This document shows, piece after piece, positions 22,064-32,441 of a stretch of 64,000 nt of DNA (the stretch's first letter is position 1; the number at the start of each line of letters is the position of its first letter). A model generated the notes under the pieces. That model had not been told where the DNA came from and did not search any database. It saw only the letters and a list, made by a program, of their open reading frames with translations. The stretch is from Myxococcales bacterium (GTDB lineage: Bacteria; Desulfobacterota; Binatia; HRBIN30). The translations under genes were made by a program, and so were the position numbers. The DNA lies in the NCBI GenBank assembly GCA_037445065.1, contig JBBILD010000009.1, positions 96,001-160,000 on the forward strand. Reading direction: 5' to 3'.

Positions 22064-23275
22064 GTGTTTGTCGAACAGGACAGCTCGCGGCGCATCACCC
22101 GTGAGGTACGAGTCGGCTCGATCGTGATCGGAGGCCGCGCGCCGATCGCCGTGCAGAGCATGTGCGCCACCAAGACCCGCAACGTTGACGCCACCGTGGC
22201 GCAAATTGAACAGTTACGGGCTGTGGGCGCGGCAGTGATTCGGGTGGCGGTAGACAATGAACTCGAGGCGCAAGCCTTGCGCGAAATCCGCCGGCAAACA
22301 GACGCGGTGCTGGCCGTGGATCTGCAAGAAAACTACCGCCTCGCTGAGCAGGTTGCACCGTTCGTCAACAAGATTCGCTACAACCCAGGCCATCTACACC
22401 ACATCGAGCGGCACAAACCCGTGCGCGACAAAGTGGCGTGGTTGGTAGCGGTCGCGCGCGACCACGACTTAGCGATTCGCATCGGGGTGAACTGCGGCTC
22501 AGTGGCACCCGAGTTCCTCTCCCGCTTCCCAGAGGATGCGCTTCAAGCATTGGTGGAGTCTGCGATCTTCCACTGCGACTTGATGGAGGAGCTCGGCTTC
22601 GAGCGTTACGTGGTTTCGCTCAAAGACTCCGATCCGAACAAGGTCGTGGAGGCAAACCGGCGCTTTGCGGCCCTGCGCCCGCACGTGCCGTTGCACCTGG
22701 GAGTCACAGAAGCGGGCCTCCCTCCGGAGGGAATCATCAAGACGCGCCTGGCCTTCGAGAAGCTTCTCGCCGTGGGCATCGGGGAGACCATTCGCGTCTC
22801 CCTCACCTTACCCAACCAGCGCAAGCACGAAGAAGTCCTCGCCGGCAGGCAGATCCTGGCCGACGTGGCAGCCGGACGCTTCCTAACCGTGCCGGACTTC
22901 ACCTCTGGCCTCAACATCATTTCCTGCCCGAGCTGTTCGCGCGTGGAGAACGAACGTTTCGTAGAACTGGCCGAAGAGGTACGCGCGCTGACCCGCTACG
23001 CCGCCCACCACCGAATTACGATTGCCGTGATGGGTTGCCGGGTCAACGGTCCGGGCGAAACAGACGATGCCGATCTCGGGCTGTGGTGCGGGCCCAGCAC
23101 CGTGAACCTCAAGCGGGGACCGAGGAAAATCGGGAGCTTTCGCTACCATGAAGTTCTGGGCAAGTTGCGGGAGGAACTCGACCGCTTGATTGCCGAGCGG
23201 GAACAGGGGCACAATCTCGGGCTGCAGGAGAACAACTCAGAAACAATCTCGGCGGGTGCGAGTCGTGCGAAGTGA
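22064..23275 (+). CDS. ispG: (E)-4-hydroxy-3-methylbut-2-enyl-diphosphate synthase
   Basis: [41 protein letters not shown]. Confidence 0.93.
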   Translation: MFVEQDSSRRITREVRVGSIVIGGRAPIAVQSMCATKTRNVDATVAQIEQLRAVGAAVIRVAVDNELEAQALREIRRQTDAVLAVDLQENYRLAEQVAPFVNKIRYNPGHLHHIERHKPVRDKVAWLVAVARDHDLAIRIGVNCGSVAPEFLSRFPEDALQALVESAIFHCDLMEELGFERYVVSLKDSDPNKVVEANRRFAALRPHVPLHLGVTEAGLPPEGIIKTRLAFEKLLAVGIGETIRVSLTLPNQRKHEEVLAGRQILADVAAGRFLTVPDFTSGLNIISCPSCSRVENERFVELAEEVRALTRYAAHHRITIAVMGCRVNGPGETDDADLGLWCGPSTVNLKRGPRKIGSFRYHEVLGKLREELDRLIAEREQGHNLGLQENNSETISAGASRAK

Positions 23276-23579
23276 AGCCAAGATCATGCTCGGGTTCCTC
23301 GTGCGCCGGTGCGCCCATGCCATTGGCCACGAACCCACACCAGGCGAGTTTGCGGCCTGGGCCAACAACTACCGCGAGCAACCCGGAGAACGCGCTCACT
23401 ACCTGTTCGGGCGGCCGATCACCGAGTACGAGGCAGAGGTGATCATGCGCCATCCGGGCAGGGAGGTGACCACTCGCCTGACCCCGCCCGCCAACCCGGC
23501 CTGCCCGGATGGGGCGGCCGTGCGCGGCCGGGTGGTGTGGCTGGCCGCGGTACGCCAGCGAGCGGACACCTCGAAGTAA
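23256..23579 (+). CDS. Hypothetical protein (start uncertain)
   Basis: Globular-looking [17 protein letters not shown]...EFAAWANNY...LFGRPIT that fills the gap between ispG and mutS2. Confidence 0.65.
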   Translation: MRVVRSEAKIMLGFLVRRCAHAIGHEPTPGEFAAWANNYREQPGERAHYLFGRPITEYEAEVIMRHPGREVTTRLTPPANPACPDGAAVRGRVVWLAAVRQRADTSK

Positions 23580-23582
23580 ACC

Positions 23583-25958
23583 GTGCGCGAGCGCGACCTC
23601 AGCGTCCTCGAGTTTCCCGAACTGCTGACCCACTTGAGCGGCTTCGCTCGTTCCGCCGCCGGCAAGGAGGCATGCTTGCACCTGCGGCCAGAACGCGAGC
23701 AAGCGGGAGCACGGGCGGCTCTCGAACAGACCGCGCAACTGTTCGCGTTGCTTCGCGAGCACGGCGACCTGCCCCTGGGCGCGTTCCCGGACCTCACCGC
23801 CGTTTTCCAGCGGGCCGCGCGGCCTGGTTCCATCTTGGAGGCGGAAAGCTTGCTCGCCATCCGCGAGGTGCTGGACTGTGCGGATGCGGTGCTCGGGTTT
23901 TTACGGCCACGGTTAGCGGCGGCCCCCGCTTTGCAATCCTGCTTGCGGCGCATGGATGCGCAGCGCGAGCTGCGCTCGAGCCTGCACCGCGCCCTCGACG
24001 CCTCGGGCCAGGTGGCAGACGAAGCCAGCGAGGAGTTGGCGGCGATCCGGCGGGAAATTCGCCACTTGCGCGCGCGCCTGCAACGCCGACTGGAAGCGCT
24101 GCTCACCGACGCGCGAATGCAAGAGTACCTGGCCGACCGCTTCGTGACCGTGCGCCATAACCGCTACGTCCTGCCGATTCGGAGTGCCGCGGCGGCCCGC
24201 TTCGAAGGAATCGTGCAAGACCGCTCCTCCTCCGGCGAAACCGCCTTCATGGAGCCTCTGTTCGCGGTAGAGATGAACAACCGCCTGGCCCTCGCCGCAC
24301 AGGAAGAAGAGCGAATCGTGCGCCGGATCCTCTTCGACCTCACGGAAATGGTGCGCGATCTTCTCCCCTCGCTGCAGTCCACGTTCGAAGCGCTGGTGGA
24401 ACTCGACTGTGCCGCCGCCCGGGCCCGCTTAGCGGCAAGCTACGAAGGAACTGTTCCCGAGTGGAGCGCGGAAGGGGTGGAGATCCGCCAGGCACGCCAT
24501 CCCCTGTTGCTCGCGCGCGGGGTCGAGGCAGTTCCCATCGACTTGTTGATTCCGCCTGGAAAGCAAGCGCTGGTGCTCACCGGTCCCAACACTGGCGGCA
24601 AGACCGTGGCGTTGAAGACCCTGGGGTTGCTCGCCTTGATGGCGCAGAGCGGCATGCTGCTGCCCGCTGCTGCCGGCGCCCGCTTGCCGTTCTTTCGCGC
24701 CGTATTTGCTGACATCGGCGACGAGCAGAGCCTGGCACGCAACCTTTCCACGTTTTCTGCGCACATCGCAAACCTGGTGGAGATCGTGCACGCGCAGGCA
24801 GCGCCGGCTTTGGTGCTCCTCGACGAGCCCGGCGTAGGAACCGACCCAGAAGAAGGAGCCGCGCTGGCCATCGGCCTCGTGCGCGAGCTCTTGGCCCCTG
24901 CCACTTGGCTGGCTCTCACCACTCATTACCTGCCGATCAAAACGTTTGCCCTTGCGCACGAGGCCTGCGTGACCGCGGCGGTGGATTTCGACTTGGAGGC
25001 GCTGCGGCCTCGTTACCGACTGGTGTACCATTCGGTGGGAGAAAGCCTGGGGCTGCCGATCGCTCGCCGCCTCGGCCTGCCCGAACCGGTTTTACGCAAG
25101 GCCGCGGAAGCACGCTCGGCGTCGAGCCGTGCCTTGCTCGACGCCATCGCTACCCTGGAGGCAAGCCGGCGCGAATACGAGGAAAAGGCCGCCGCAGCCG
25201 AGGCCGCCCGCGCGCAAGCCCTGCGCTTGCAGCAGGAACTCGAAGCTTTACGCGAGCAGCTCGCTCGCCAACTTGCCGAGCTGCGCCGCGCGAAGCGGGA
25301 GCGGGTGGCGGAAGAACTGCGAGAGGCCAGGGAATTCCTCCACGAACTCAAGCAACAGGGCCGAGAATTGCTGGCCGCCCTCGAGCGCGGGCAGCGCGGC
25401 CGCAGTGACTTGCTGGCGTTCCTGCGCGAGAAAGCCGCCCAGATCGAGGGCCAGCACCGAGCGAGCGCCGACGAACAGCCTGAACTCGCAGGAGAAGCGG
25501 AGCGGGAGGGCACGCCTTTGCAAATTGGCGACTGGGTAGAGATCCCGGGGGAGAACATCCGCGGCCGGCTGGTCGCCGTAGAAGGGGAGCGGGCGTGGAT
25601 CCAACGCGGCAGTCTACGCTTCGAGCTGCCGGCGCGGAGGCTGCGGCGCGCAGCGGGTGCCGAACACAACCAGCGCGACGACCGCCCGATGGTCAGCGCG
25701 TCCCCGGGCCGCGAAGCCAGCGAGATCAGCTTGCTCGGCTTGCGCGCGCAAGAGGCGTTGGAGCAGCTCGAGCGCTTTCTCGACCGGGCCGTGCGAGCCG
25801 GGGAGGGCCGCGTACGTATCATTCATGGCGTGGGCAGCGGCGCGCTCAAGCGCGCAGTTGGGGACTACCTGGCACGTTGCCCGTACCGGGTGCGTTTCCG
25901 AGGCGCAGACCCCCAAGAAGGAGGCGCTGGCGTCACCATTGTCGAGTTAGAAAACTGA
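23583..25958 (+). CDS. mutS2: Endonuclease MutS2
   Basis: TGPNTGGKT, DIGDEQS...LSTFSAH, LLDE, coiled coil, C-terminal Smr IIHGVGSGAL. Confidence 0.95.
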   Translation: MRERDLSVLEFPELLTHLSGFARSAAGKEACLHLRPEREQAGARAALEQTAQLFALLREHGDLPLGAFPDLTAVFQRAARPGSILEAESLLAIREVLDCADAVLGFLRPRLAAAPALQSCLRRMDAQRELRSSLHRALDASGQVADEASEELAAIRREIRHLRARLQRRLEALLTDARMQEYLADRFVTVRHNRYVLPIRSAAAARFEGIVQDRSSSGETAFMEPLFAVEMNNRLALAAQEEERIVRRILFDLTEMVRDLLPSLQSTFEALVELDCAAARARLAASYEGTVPEWSAEGVEIRQARHPLLLARGVEAVPIDLLIPPGKQALVLTGPNTGGKTVALKTLGLLALMAQSGMLLPAAAGARLPFFRAVFADIGDEQSLARNLSTFSAHIANLVEIVHAQAAPALVLLDEPGVGTDPEEGAALAIGLVRELLAPATWLALTTHYLPIKTFALAHEACVTAAVDFDLEALRPRYRLVYHSVGESLGLPIARRLGLPEPVLRKAAEARSASSRALLDAIATLEASRREYEEKAAAAEAARAQALRLQQELEALREQLARQLAELRRAKRERVAEELREAREFLHELKQQGRELLAALERGQRGRSDLLAFLREKAAQIEGQHRASADEQPELAGEAEREGTPLQIGDWVEIPGENIRGRLVAVEGERAWIQRGSLRFELPARRLRRAAGAEHNQRDDRPMVSASPGREASEISLLGLRAQEALEQLERFLDRAVRAGEGRVRIIHGVGSGALKRAVGDYLARCPYRVRFRGADPQEGGAGVTIVELEN

Positions 25959-26142
25959 GCAGAGCAAAGTCACAGGCACGCTGTGCGCTCGCCTGGCACA
26001 GGCGGGGCCGCAGGTTGCCTCCAAAGTGCGCCGGGTCGGCTCGCGGGACCATCCAGAACTCCGGCCCGAGGCGGCCCCCTTTGGCCCCGCTTTGCCGTGT
26101 GTTAGCTTCGCCCGAACCGCGTGGGAGCAAAGGAGGCCAGAC

Positions 26143-27174
26143 ATGCGGGCAGTCGTCATGCGCGGCAAGTCACTGGTGGTTGACGAAGTCCCCGATCCCG
26201 TACCGCTCGAGGGCGAGGTGCTGGTGCGCACTCTCGCGTGCGGCATTTGCGGTTCGGACCTGCACGCCCTCGAACACGCCGACAAAATGGTGGAGGCCGC
26301 GCGCGACACGGGTGCCCCATTCCGCTTGGACCCGAGCCGCGACGTGGTGATGGGTCATGAGTTTTGCTGCGAAGTCCTGGACTACGGCCCGCGCACTTCA
26401 GTGCAACTGCGACGCGGAACGCGAGTTGTCTCGATGCCGATCGTCTTCCGCGATGGCGGCATCGAGGGTGTCGGTTATTCGAACCAAGTGCCGGGGGGTT
26501 ACGGCGAACTGATGGTGCTCTCGGCTTCGCTCATCCTACCCGTGCCGAACGGGCTTCCTACCGACGAGGCCGCGCTCACTGAGCCCATGGCGGTGGGCTT
26601 GCATGCAGTGAACAAAGCCGCCCTGCAAAGCTGGGATGCTCCGCTCGTCATCGGTTGTGGCCCCGTGGGTCTGGCCGTGATTGCGGCGCTGCGACTGCGC
26701 GGGGCGGAACCGATCGTGGCGGCTGACTACTCCCCGGCGCGGCGAGCGCTAGCGCAAAAGATGGGGGCCCACGTGGTGGTGGATCCCGCACAAGAGTCTA
26801 CCTTCGACGCCTATCGTAAGGCCGCGCAAATGCGCCCGGCCGTGATTTTCGAATGCGTGGGTGTGCCTGGGATTCTGCACAGCATCTTGCGCGAGGCGCC
26901 GCACAGCGCCCGCATCGTGGTGGCCGGGGTGTGCATGGAAAACGACACGATCCGACCGATCTACGGAATCAACAAAGAACTGAGCGTGCAGTTCGTGCTC
27001 GGCTATACGCCGGAGGAATTTTCGGCCACGCTCGAACATTTGGCAGAAGGCCGCATCGAGGTACGGCCGATGATCACCGGACGCGTTGGCCTCGAGCAAG
27101 TACCGGAAGCCTTCTCCACCCTGCGCCAGCCAGACCAGCACGCAAAGATCCTGGTGCAGCCAGCGCGGAACTGA
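26143..27174 (+). CDS. Zinc-binding MDR alcohol dehydrogenase
   Basis: CGICGSDLH, GHE, GCGPVG; AGGAGG RBS; lacks structural-Zn Cys lobe. Confidence 0.9.
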   Translation: MRAVVMRGKSLVVDEVPDPVPLEGEVLVRTLACGICGSDLHALEHADKMVEAARDTGAPFRLDPSRDVVMGHEFCCEVLDYGPRTSVQLRRGTRVVSMPIVFRDGGIEGVGYSNQVPGGYGELMVLSASLILPVPNGLPTDEAALTEPMAVGLHAVNKAALQSWDAPLVIGCGPVGLAVIAALRLRGAEPIVAADYSPARRALAQKMGAHVVVDPAQESTFDAYRKAAQMRPAVIFECVGVPGILHSILREAPHSARIVVAGVCMENDTIRPIYGINKELSVQFVLGYTPEEFSATLEHLAEGRIEVRPMITGRVGLEQVPEAFSTLRQPDQHAKILVQPARN

Positions 27175-27333
27175 CCGCCCTTCGCTGCCTGAGGCGGAAC
27201 GATCTTTCTGGCAAGGGTTGCAGAGGCCGCATGGTTGCGCCTGGGCGGCTGGTTCGGTAACTGGCGCGCTGGCCAGTGGCTCGGGACTCCGGCGCAGTGA
27301 TCGCGCTGCGCCCCAGCCGGTGCCTCACGACCC

Positions 27334-28233
27334 ATGAAGCCAGAATTCACCGAACGTTTTTTTCGCAGCGGGACCCTACGCATTCACTTCCGCGACTGGG
27401 GCCAGGCTGACAAACCTCCGCTGGTGATCGTGCACGGTCTCCGCGACCACTCGCATTCCTTCGATGATCTCGCACGTAGCCTCGTGGACCGCTTTCACGT
27501 CCTCGCGCTCGACCTGCGCGGTCACGGCGATAGCGAGACGACTCCCTACTACGCCTTCGGCCACTTCGTGCTCGACTTGCACAACATGGTGCGGGCACTG
27601 CGCTTGCAGAAGCCGATTCTCATCGGCCACTCTTTCGGTGGAGAGGTGGTCGCCGCATATGCTGGATGCTTTCCGCAGGTGCCTGAGAGACTCGTGATCA
27701 TCGAGGGACTCGGTCCGCCGCCACCCGACATGGACCAAGCGGTGCGCCGCACGGTCGAAGGGTTCGCTCGCATCGATCGTGCCTTTGCCGGACACCCGGG
27801 CCTGCCCGATCTGGAAGCCGCCTACCGCCGCTTGCGCGAGCGCAACCCGCGCCTGCCGGAGGGCAAGGCTCGCGAACTCGCTGTGCTCGGCACCCGAGCC
27901 CGAGAGGACGGTACACTCGAGTGGAAGTTCGACGCCATGCTCGCCACCATGACGATCACCGGGCCCTTCCACCTCGAATACAGTATGGCGCTCTGGCGCC
28001 GCATCCAGGCTCCCACCCTCATCATTCACGGCGCGGAATCCGGCGAGTTTTGGCGCGGGCGGCCGGGCGCCCACTATCTCGAGCCGGAAGACTTGCAGCG
28101 GCGCCTGGCTTGCTTCCGCGACCACCGGTTCGTCGAGATCGCTGGCGCCGGCCACATGGTGCACTTCGACCGGCCACGAGAACTGGTGGTGGCGATCCGC
28201 GCCTTTCTGCTCGAGACCGCGGCGTCGAGCTAG
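27334..28233 (+). CDS. Alpha/beta hydrolase
   Basis: HG, DLRGHGDS, GHSFGG nucleophile elbow, AGHMVH. Confidence 0.92.
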   Translation: MKPEFTERFFRSGTLRIHFRDWGQADKPPLVIVHGLRDHSHSFDDLARSLVDRFHVLALDLRGHGDSETTPYYAFGHFVLDLHNMVRALRLQKPILIGHSFGGEVVAAYAGCFPQVPERLVIIEGLGPPPPDMDQAVRRTVEGFARIDRAFAGHPGLPDLEAAYRRLRERNPRLPEGKARELAVLGTRAREDGTLEWKFDAMLATMTITGPFHLEYSMALWRRIQAPTLIIHGAESGEFWRGRPGAHYLEPEDLQRRLACFRDHRFVEIAGAGHMVHFDRPRELVVAIRAFLLETAASS

Positions 28234-28283
28234 CGTGTTGCGTCGCGTTCGGGCAGGCTTTGCGCGAGCCAGATTGCCCACGT

Positions 28284-28784
28284 ATGGACGAACCAAAGTT
28301 CTCGAACCGCCAAGGCACCGCGGGTGAGACGCTGCGTGCGGCGCGGGACCGCTACTTTGCCGAGAACGGTTTCGACGAGCGCAGTTACGCTTCAGCGTGG
28401 GTGCGGCTCGAGGCGGGGCCGGTGCCGCTCTTTTTCCCCAACACTGGTGCACGGGTGCGCGCCGTGCGTTTCCATGACCTGCATCACGCACTGACGGGCT
28501 ACGGAACCTCCTGGACTGGGGAAGCAGAGATCGGCGCTTGGGAGATCGCCTCGGGGTGCGGGCGACACTGGATCGCATACCTCCTCAACTTGCAAGCGAT
28601 GGCCATCGGCCTCTTCCTCTCTCCCCGCCGTGTGTGGGAAGCGTTTCGGCGCGGGCGGCACTCCGGTAACTTTTACCGCTGCGAGTTCGAGGGCATCGAT
28701 CTCGATCGCCCTGCCGATGCCTACCGGGAAGCATTGGGACTCATCCGCACTTCCCTGCCACCTGTTCGCGCGCGACGTGCTTAA
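28284..28784 (+). CDS. Hypothetical protein with Coq4-like HDxxH...E metal motif
   Basis: HDLHHALTGYGTSWTGEAE. Confidence 0.7.
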   Translation: MDEPKFSNRQGTAGETLRAARDRYFAENGFDERSYASAWVRLEAGPVPLFFPNTGARVRAVRFHDLHHALTGYGTSWTGEAEIGAWEIASGCGRHWIAYLLNLQAMAIGLFLSPRRVWEAFRRGRHSGNFYRCEFEGIDLDRPADAYREALGLIRTSLPPVRARRA

Positions 28785-29421
28785 CTTTGCAGTCGCTTGC
28801 ACTGCCGGTCTCGCCCTTTTGGGCGCTGCCCTGATTCCGCTCGCCGCTGTACTGGGTGGGACCACCGCGCTCGGCCGGCTCGTCTGGCAGGCCTTCCTGC
28901 CAGGATGACGGACCGAGCGCCACCGCTGCCCGGCCGGCCGCGCCAACTGCTGCGCGGGCAAAGGAATCCGCGCACACCGATTCGCAGCGGCCAAAATCCA
29001 CGCGGCGCCAGAGGCACAAGGCATGCGCCGTCCGGCTGATCCAGGGCGGGAGGCTGAGCCGGCTGCGGCCAGAGTGCGGGCCAGCCACTGCCCGTACAGC
29101 CGCGCTCCAGGTTTAAAGGCCCCGAAAAGGTCGCTCGAAGCTTTGCCTCAGGTTTCCACACCCATAACTTTACTTTTGCTCCGAACTCCGTCGGTGCTCA
29201 CCGCGGCCGCGAGTGCGACGCGATCTCGCGATCGCCTCAGGCGAAGAGTTCTCACCCGCGCTGCTTTGTCTCGTAACGCTGCAAAGCGTTACTTCTTGCA
29301 CAAGCCGTGCTGGTGCAGTTTTCCGCGGCCGCGCGCGTCCCCACTGCAACGCCCCCGAATACGGGTTCGTCTGTGCCTCCCGCGCTGCGCCCTTGAGGGG
29401 CTCCCGTGCTACAGGCGCGGC

Positions 29422-29697
29422 ATGGACTGGAGGCTGTTTCTCTCGACCTTTGTCGCCATTTTCCTTGCCGAGATCGGCGACAAAACCCAACTTGCGACTC
29501 TTTCCCTTTCCGCAGGCGGGTCTTCGCGGTGGGCTGTGTTTCTCGGCGCTGCCCTCGCGCTGGTGACCACCTCAGCCGTTGCCGTGCTAGCTGGGGAGGC
29601 GGTGAGTCGAGTCGTATCGCCGGAGTGGCTGCGCTGTGCGGCCGGAGTCTGCTTTCTGCTCCTCGGTGCCTTTTTCTTGCTCAGTAAAGGCGACTGA
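29422..29697 (+). CDS. TMEM165/GDT1 (UPF0016) family single-domain protein
   Basis: FLAEIGDKTQLAT motif, three TM helices. Confidence 0.92.
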   Translation: MDWRLFLSTFVAIFLAEIGDKTQLATLSLSAGGSSRWAVFLGAALALVTTSAVAVLAGEAVSRVVSPEWLRCAAGVCFLLLGAFFLLSKGD

Positions 29698-29938
29698 GCC
29701 AAACCCACAAAGCGTTCCGCCAGGCTGCGGTCGTGCCCGCTCGGTAGCGGCCAAGCGGCAACTAGGCAGGATCTCGAGGCAAATGAGGGGCCCGGTGGGC
29801 AGGCCACTCGAGACGCGGCTCCGTTTTCCAAGCCCAATGGTCAGGCGCCACGCGGCGTCACCGGTAACGTGGAAGCTGTTGGCGATCGCCTTGATGTTGG
29901 GAGCGTGTCTCATGCGGAAGAACGCGGATAGGGTTGCC

Positions 29939-30259
29939 TTACTTTCCGCCGGCCTGCGGGGGTCGCTGCCCGATCCAATAGGTGGCACCCGAGTTCCCCA
30001 CGTGAGCGGTGTGGATGGTACCAGCCGGAAGCATCAAGCGGTCGCCCGGGCCCAGGCGATAATCACGGTCGCCGATGTGAAACGTGATTTCCCCGTCAAT
30101 GACCCAGAGGCTTTCGTCGTGCGCGTGCGAGTGTGGTTCGTAGGTCGCGCCTGGGACATCGTGCCAGCGGAAAGGATCGAAGCCCTCTTCGACCAAACGC
30201 TCGCGCAGTGCCTCCTCGTCTACCGGTCCGCCTGGCCAAGGAATCCGTTCCAAGCGCAT
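29939..30259 (-). CDS. Cupin domain protein
   Basis: HSHAHDE...GEITF...LGPGD...PAGTIH. Confidence 0.88.
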   Translation of the reverse strand: MRLERIPWPGGPVDEEALRERLVEEGFDPFRWHDVPGATYEPHSHAHDESLWVIDGEITFHIGDRDYRLGPGDRLMLPAGTIHTAHVGNSGATYWIGQRPPQAGGK

Positions 30260-30472
30260 GCTGCCTCCTTGCTTTTTCTCTTCCTCGCCCCACCCCGGCT
30301 TTCCTGAACCGCACTTTTCGTTCGGGTAGCGCCTGCGTTGTGCCCCCTGCAACTCCCACCGGGGGCACCCTTGTCCCATCCTGCGCAGCGCGCTTGTAAC
30401 GCGAATACCCCGTTGCGGTCAGCGCCGCCGCAACCTAGCGACTCCATGGCAGGTGCGAAGGAGGGTACGAGG

Positions 30473-31654
30473 ATGGCGATCTCGATCACGATGCCGAAAC
30501 TCAGCGACACCATGGAGGAGGGGACGATCCTGCGCTGGTACAAGCGAGTGGGCGATCCGGTCAAGAAAGGCGAGGTGATCGCGGAAGTGGAGACCGACAA
30601 GGCCGATATGGAACTCGAAGCCGAGCAGAGCGGCGTGGTCGTGGAGATCAAAGTTCCGGAAGGAGAGAGCGCTCCGGTGGGTGCCGTGCTGGCGATTCTA
30701 TCGGAGGCGCCCACCGCTGCAAGTGCGCAGCCTCCGACCGGGGAACAAGTTGCCAGGCGCGAGCCGAAACCTTCCCCACCAGCCGGCGGACCCGCTCCGC
30801 AGCCGGCCAAAGAAGCGCGTCCTGCCGGCCAGCCAACCCCCGCCGCTAGCGGGCGCGAGCAAGCAACGCCGGCCCACGCTCCTTCGCTGACCGCCGCTCC
30901 TGCCAAAGAAGAAGCGCCTGCACCCCCTCCGACGCTGCGCTGGAAACCGCGCCTCACGAGCACGGCGCTGCCTGCGGGCCGTCATGAAGAAAGCCGGCTC
31001 CGGCAAACTGTGGCCAAGCAAATGACCCAGTCCAAGCGCGAGATCCCCCATTTCTACGTCGCCAGCGAAATCGACATGACCGAGGCGGCTCGCCTGCGCG
31101 AGCAACTCCTCGAGGCTCGGCTGTTCCCGGAGCGGATTACCTTCACGCACTTGCTGATCCGGGCGCTAGCCCTGGTGCTGCCCCGCCACCCGCGCGTGAA
31201 CGCGTCGTGGGTAGACGGTGCCGTGCAAATCCACTCGGACATCAACATCGCCATTGCGGTGGCTGTGGAAGACGGCTTGGTGGCCCCTGTCCTACACCGC
31301 TGCCAGGAACTCAGTTTGCGGGAAATTGCGCAAGCCACGCAAGGCTTGGTGGAGAAAGCACAAGCCGGGAAATTCACCGGCTCCGAACTCACCGGTGCCA
31401 CCTTTACGATCTCGAACATGGGCATGCTCGACATTGACTCGTTCAGCGCCGTGATCACCCCGCCCCAAGCCGCGATCCTCGCCGTGGGCAGTATTCGCGA
31501 GCGCCCGGTGGTCCGAGATGGCAGCCTCGCGGTGGCGAAAACCATGCGGGTCACGCTCTCCGCCGATCACCGAGTACTCAACGGCGTGGAAGCTGGCCGC
31601 TTTCTCGAGGACCTCAAGCACACCCTCGAAAAACCCCTCGTACTGGTGCTGTGA
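30473..31654 (+). CDS. 2-oxoacid dehydrogenase E2 (dihydrolipoamide acyltransferase)
   Basis: Lipoyl domain EVETDKA, Pro/Ala linker, [15 protein letters not shown]. Confidence 0.92.
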   Translation: MAISITMPKLSDTMEEGTILRWYKRVGDPVKKGEVIAEVETDKADMELEAEQSGVVVEIKVPEGESAPVGAVLAILSEAPTAASAQPPTGEQVARREPKPSPPAGGPAPQPAKEARPAGQPTPAASGREQATPAHAPSLTAAPAKEEAPAPPPTLRWKPRLTSTALPAGRHEESRLRQTVAKQMTQSKREIPHFYVASEIDMTEAARLREQLLEARLFPERITFTHLLIRALALVLPRHPRVNASWVDGAVQIHSDINIAIAVAVEDGLVAPVLHRCQELSLREIAQATQGLVEKAQAGKFTGSELTGATFTISNMGMLDIDSFSAVITPPQAAILAVGSIRERPVVRDGSLAVAKTMRVTLSADHRVLNGVEAGRFLEDLKHTLEKPLVLVL

Positions 31655-31736
31655 ATTCGCTCGTTGCGCCTGGCCAAGGGCGTGTGTTACAGCCGCCCAG
31701 CTCGCCGCGCTGCGGCCAGTGGGAGGAAGCAGACGT

Positions 31737-32411
31737 ATGTTCGAGTTCATCCAGCAAGGCATTGACGTCTTCTTGCATCTCGATGCCCACTTGAATCACT
31801 TCGCCGCGGTGCTCGGTCCCGCGCTGTACGTGCTTCTATTCCTGATCATTTTCTCCGAGACCGGTTTGGTGGTCACCCCGTTCCTCCCTGGCGATTCGCT
31901 ACTTTTTGCGGTGGGTGCCTTGGCCGCTGTGGAAGGGGCGGTCATCAACGTTCATGGCGCCGCGTTTCTGCTGATCGTGGCGGCGGTTTTGGGAGACGCC
32001 GTCAACTACGCCATCGGCGCCTATGTGGGCCCAGCCGTGTTCAAGAGCGAGACCTCGCGCTGGCTCAACAAGCGCCATCTGCAACGAACTCACGACTTTT
32101 ACGAGCGGCACGGAGGCAAGACGATCATTTTGGCGCGGTTCATCCCCATCATCCGCACTTTTGCGCCGTTCGTCGCCGGGATTGGGCGCATGGGCTACCC
32201 GAAGTTCGCCGCGTACAACGTGATCGGCGGGATTCTCTGGGTGGTGTCGTTTGTCTACGCCGGGTACCTGTTTGGAAATGTGCCGTTTGTGAAAACCAAC
32301 TTCCACTTCGTGATCGTTGCCATCATTGTCATTTCGGTCATGCCGCCCATTATCGAGTACCTGCGGGCACGCCGAGCCAATGCGGTAGCGGCCCGGCCGG
32401 CGCTCGACTGA
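31737..32411 (+). CDS. dedA: DedA family membrane protein
   Basis: [41 protein letters not shown]. Confidence 0.93.
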   Translation: MFEFIQQGIDVFLHLDAHLNHFAAVLGPALYVLLFLIIFSETGLVVTPFLPGDSLLFAVGALAAVEGAVINVHGAAFLLIVAAVLGDAVNYAIGAYVGPAVFKSETSRWLNKRHLQRTHDFYERHGGKTIILARFIPIIRTFAPFVAGIGRMGYPKFAAYNVIGGILWVVSFVYAGYLFGNVPFVKTNFHFVIVAIIVISVMPPIIEYLRARRANAVAARPALD

Positions 32412-32441
32412 ACTCGGTCACACGGCAACCGGGGAGGAAAA

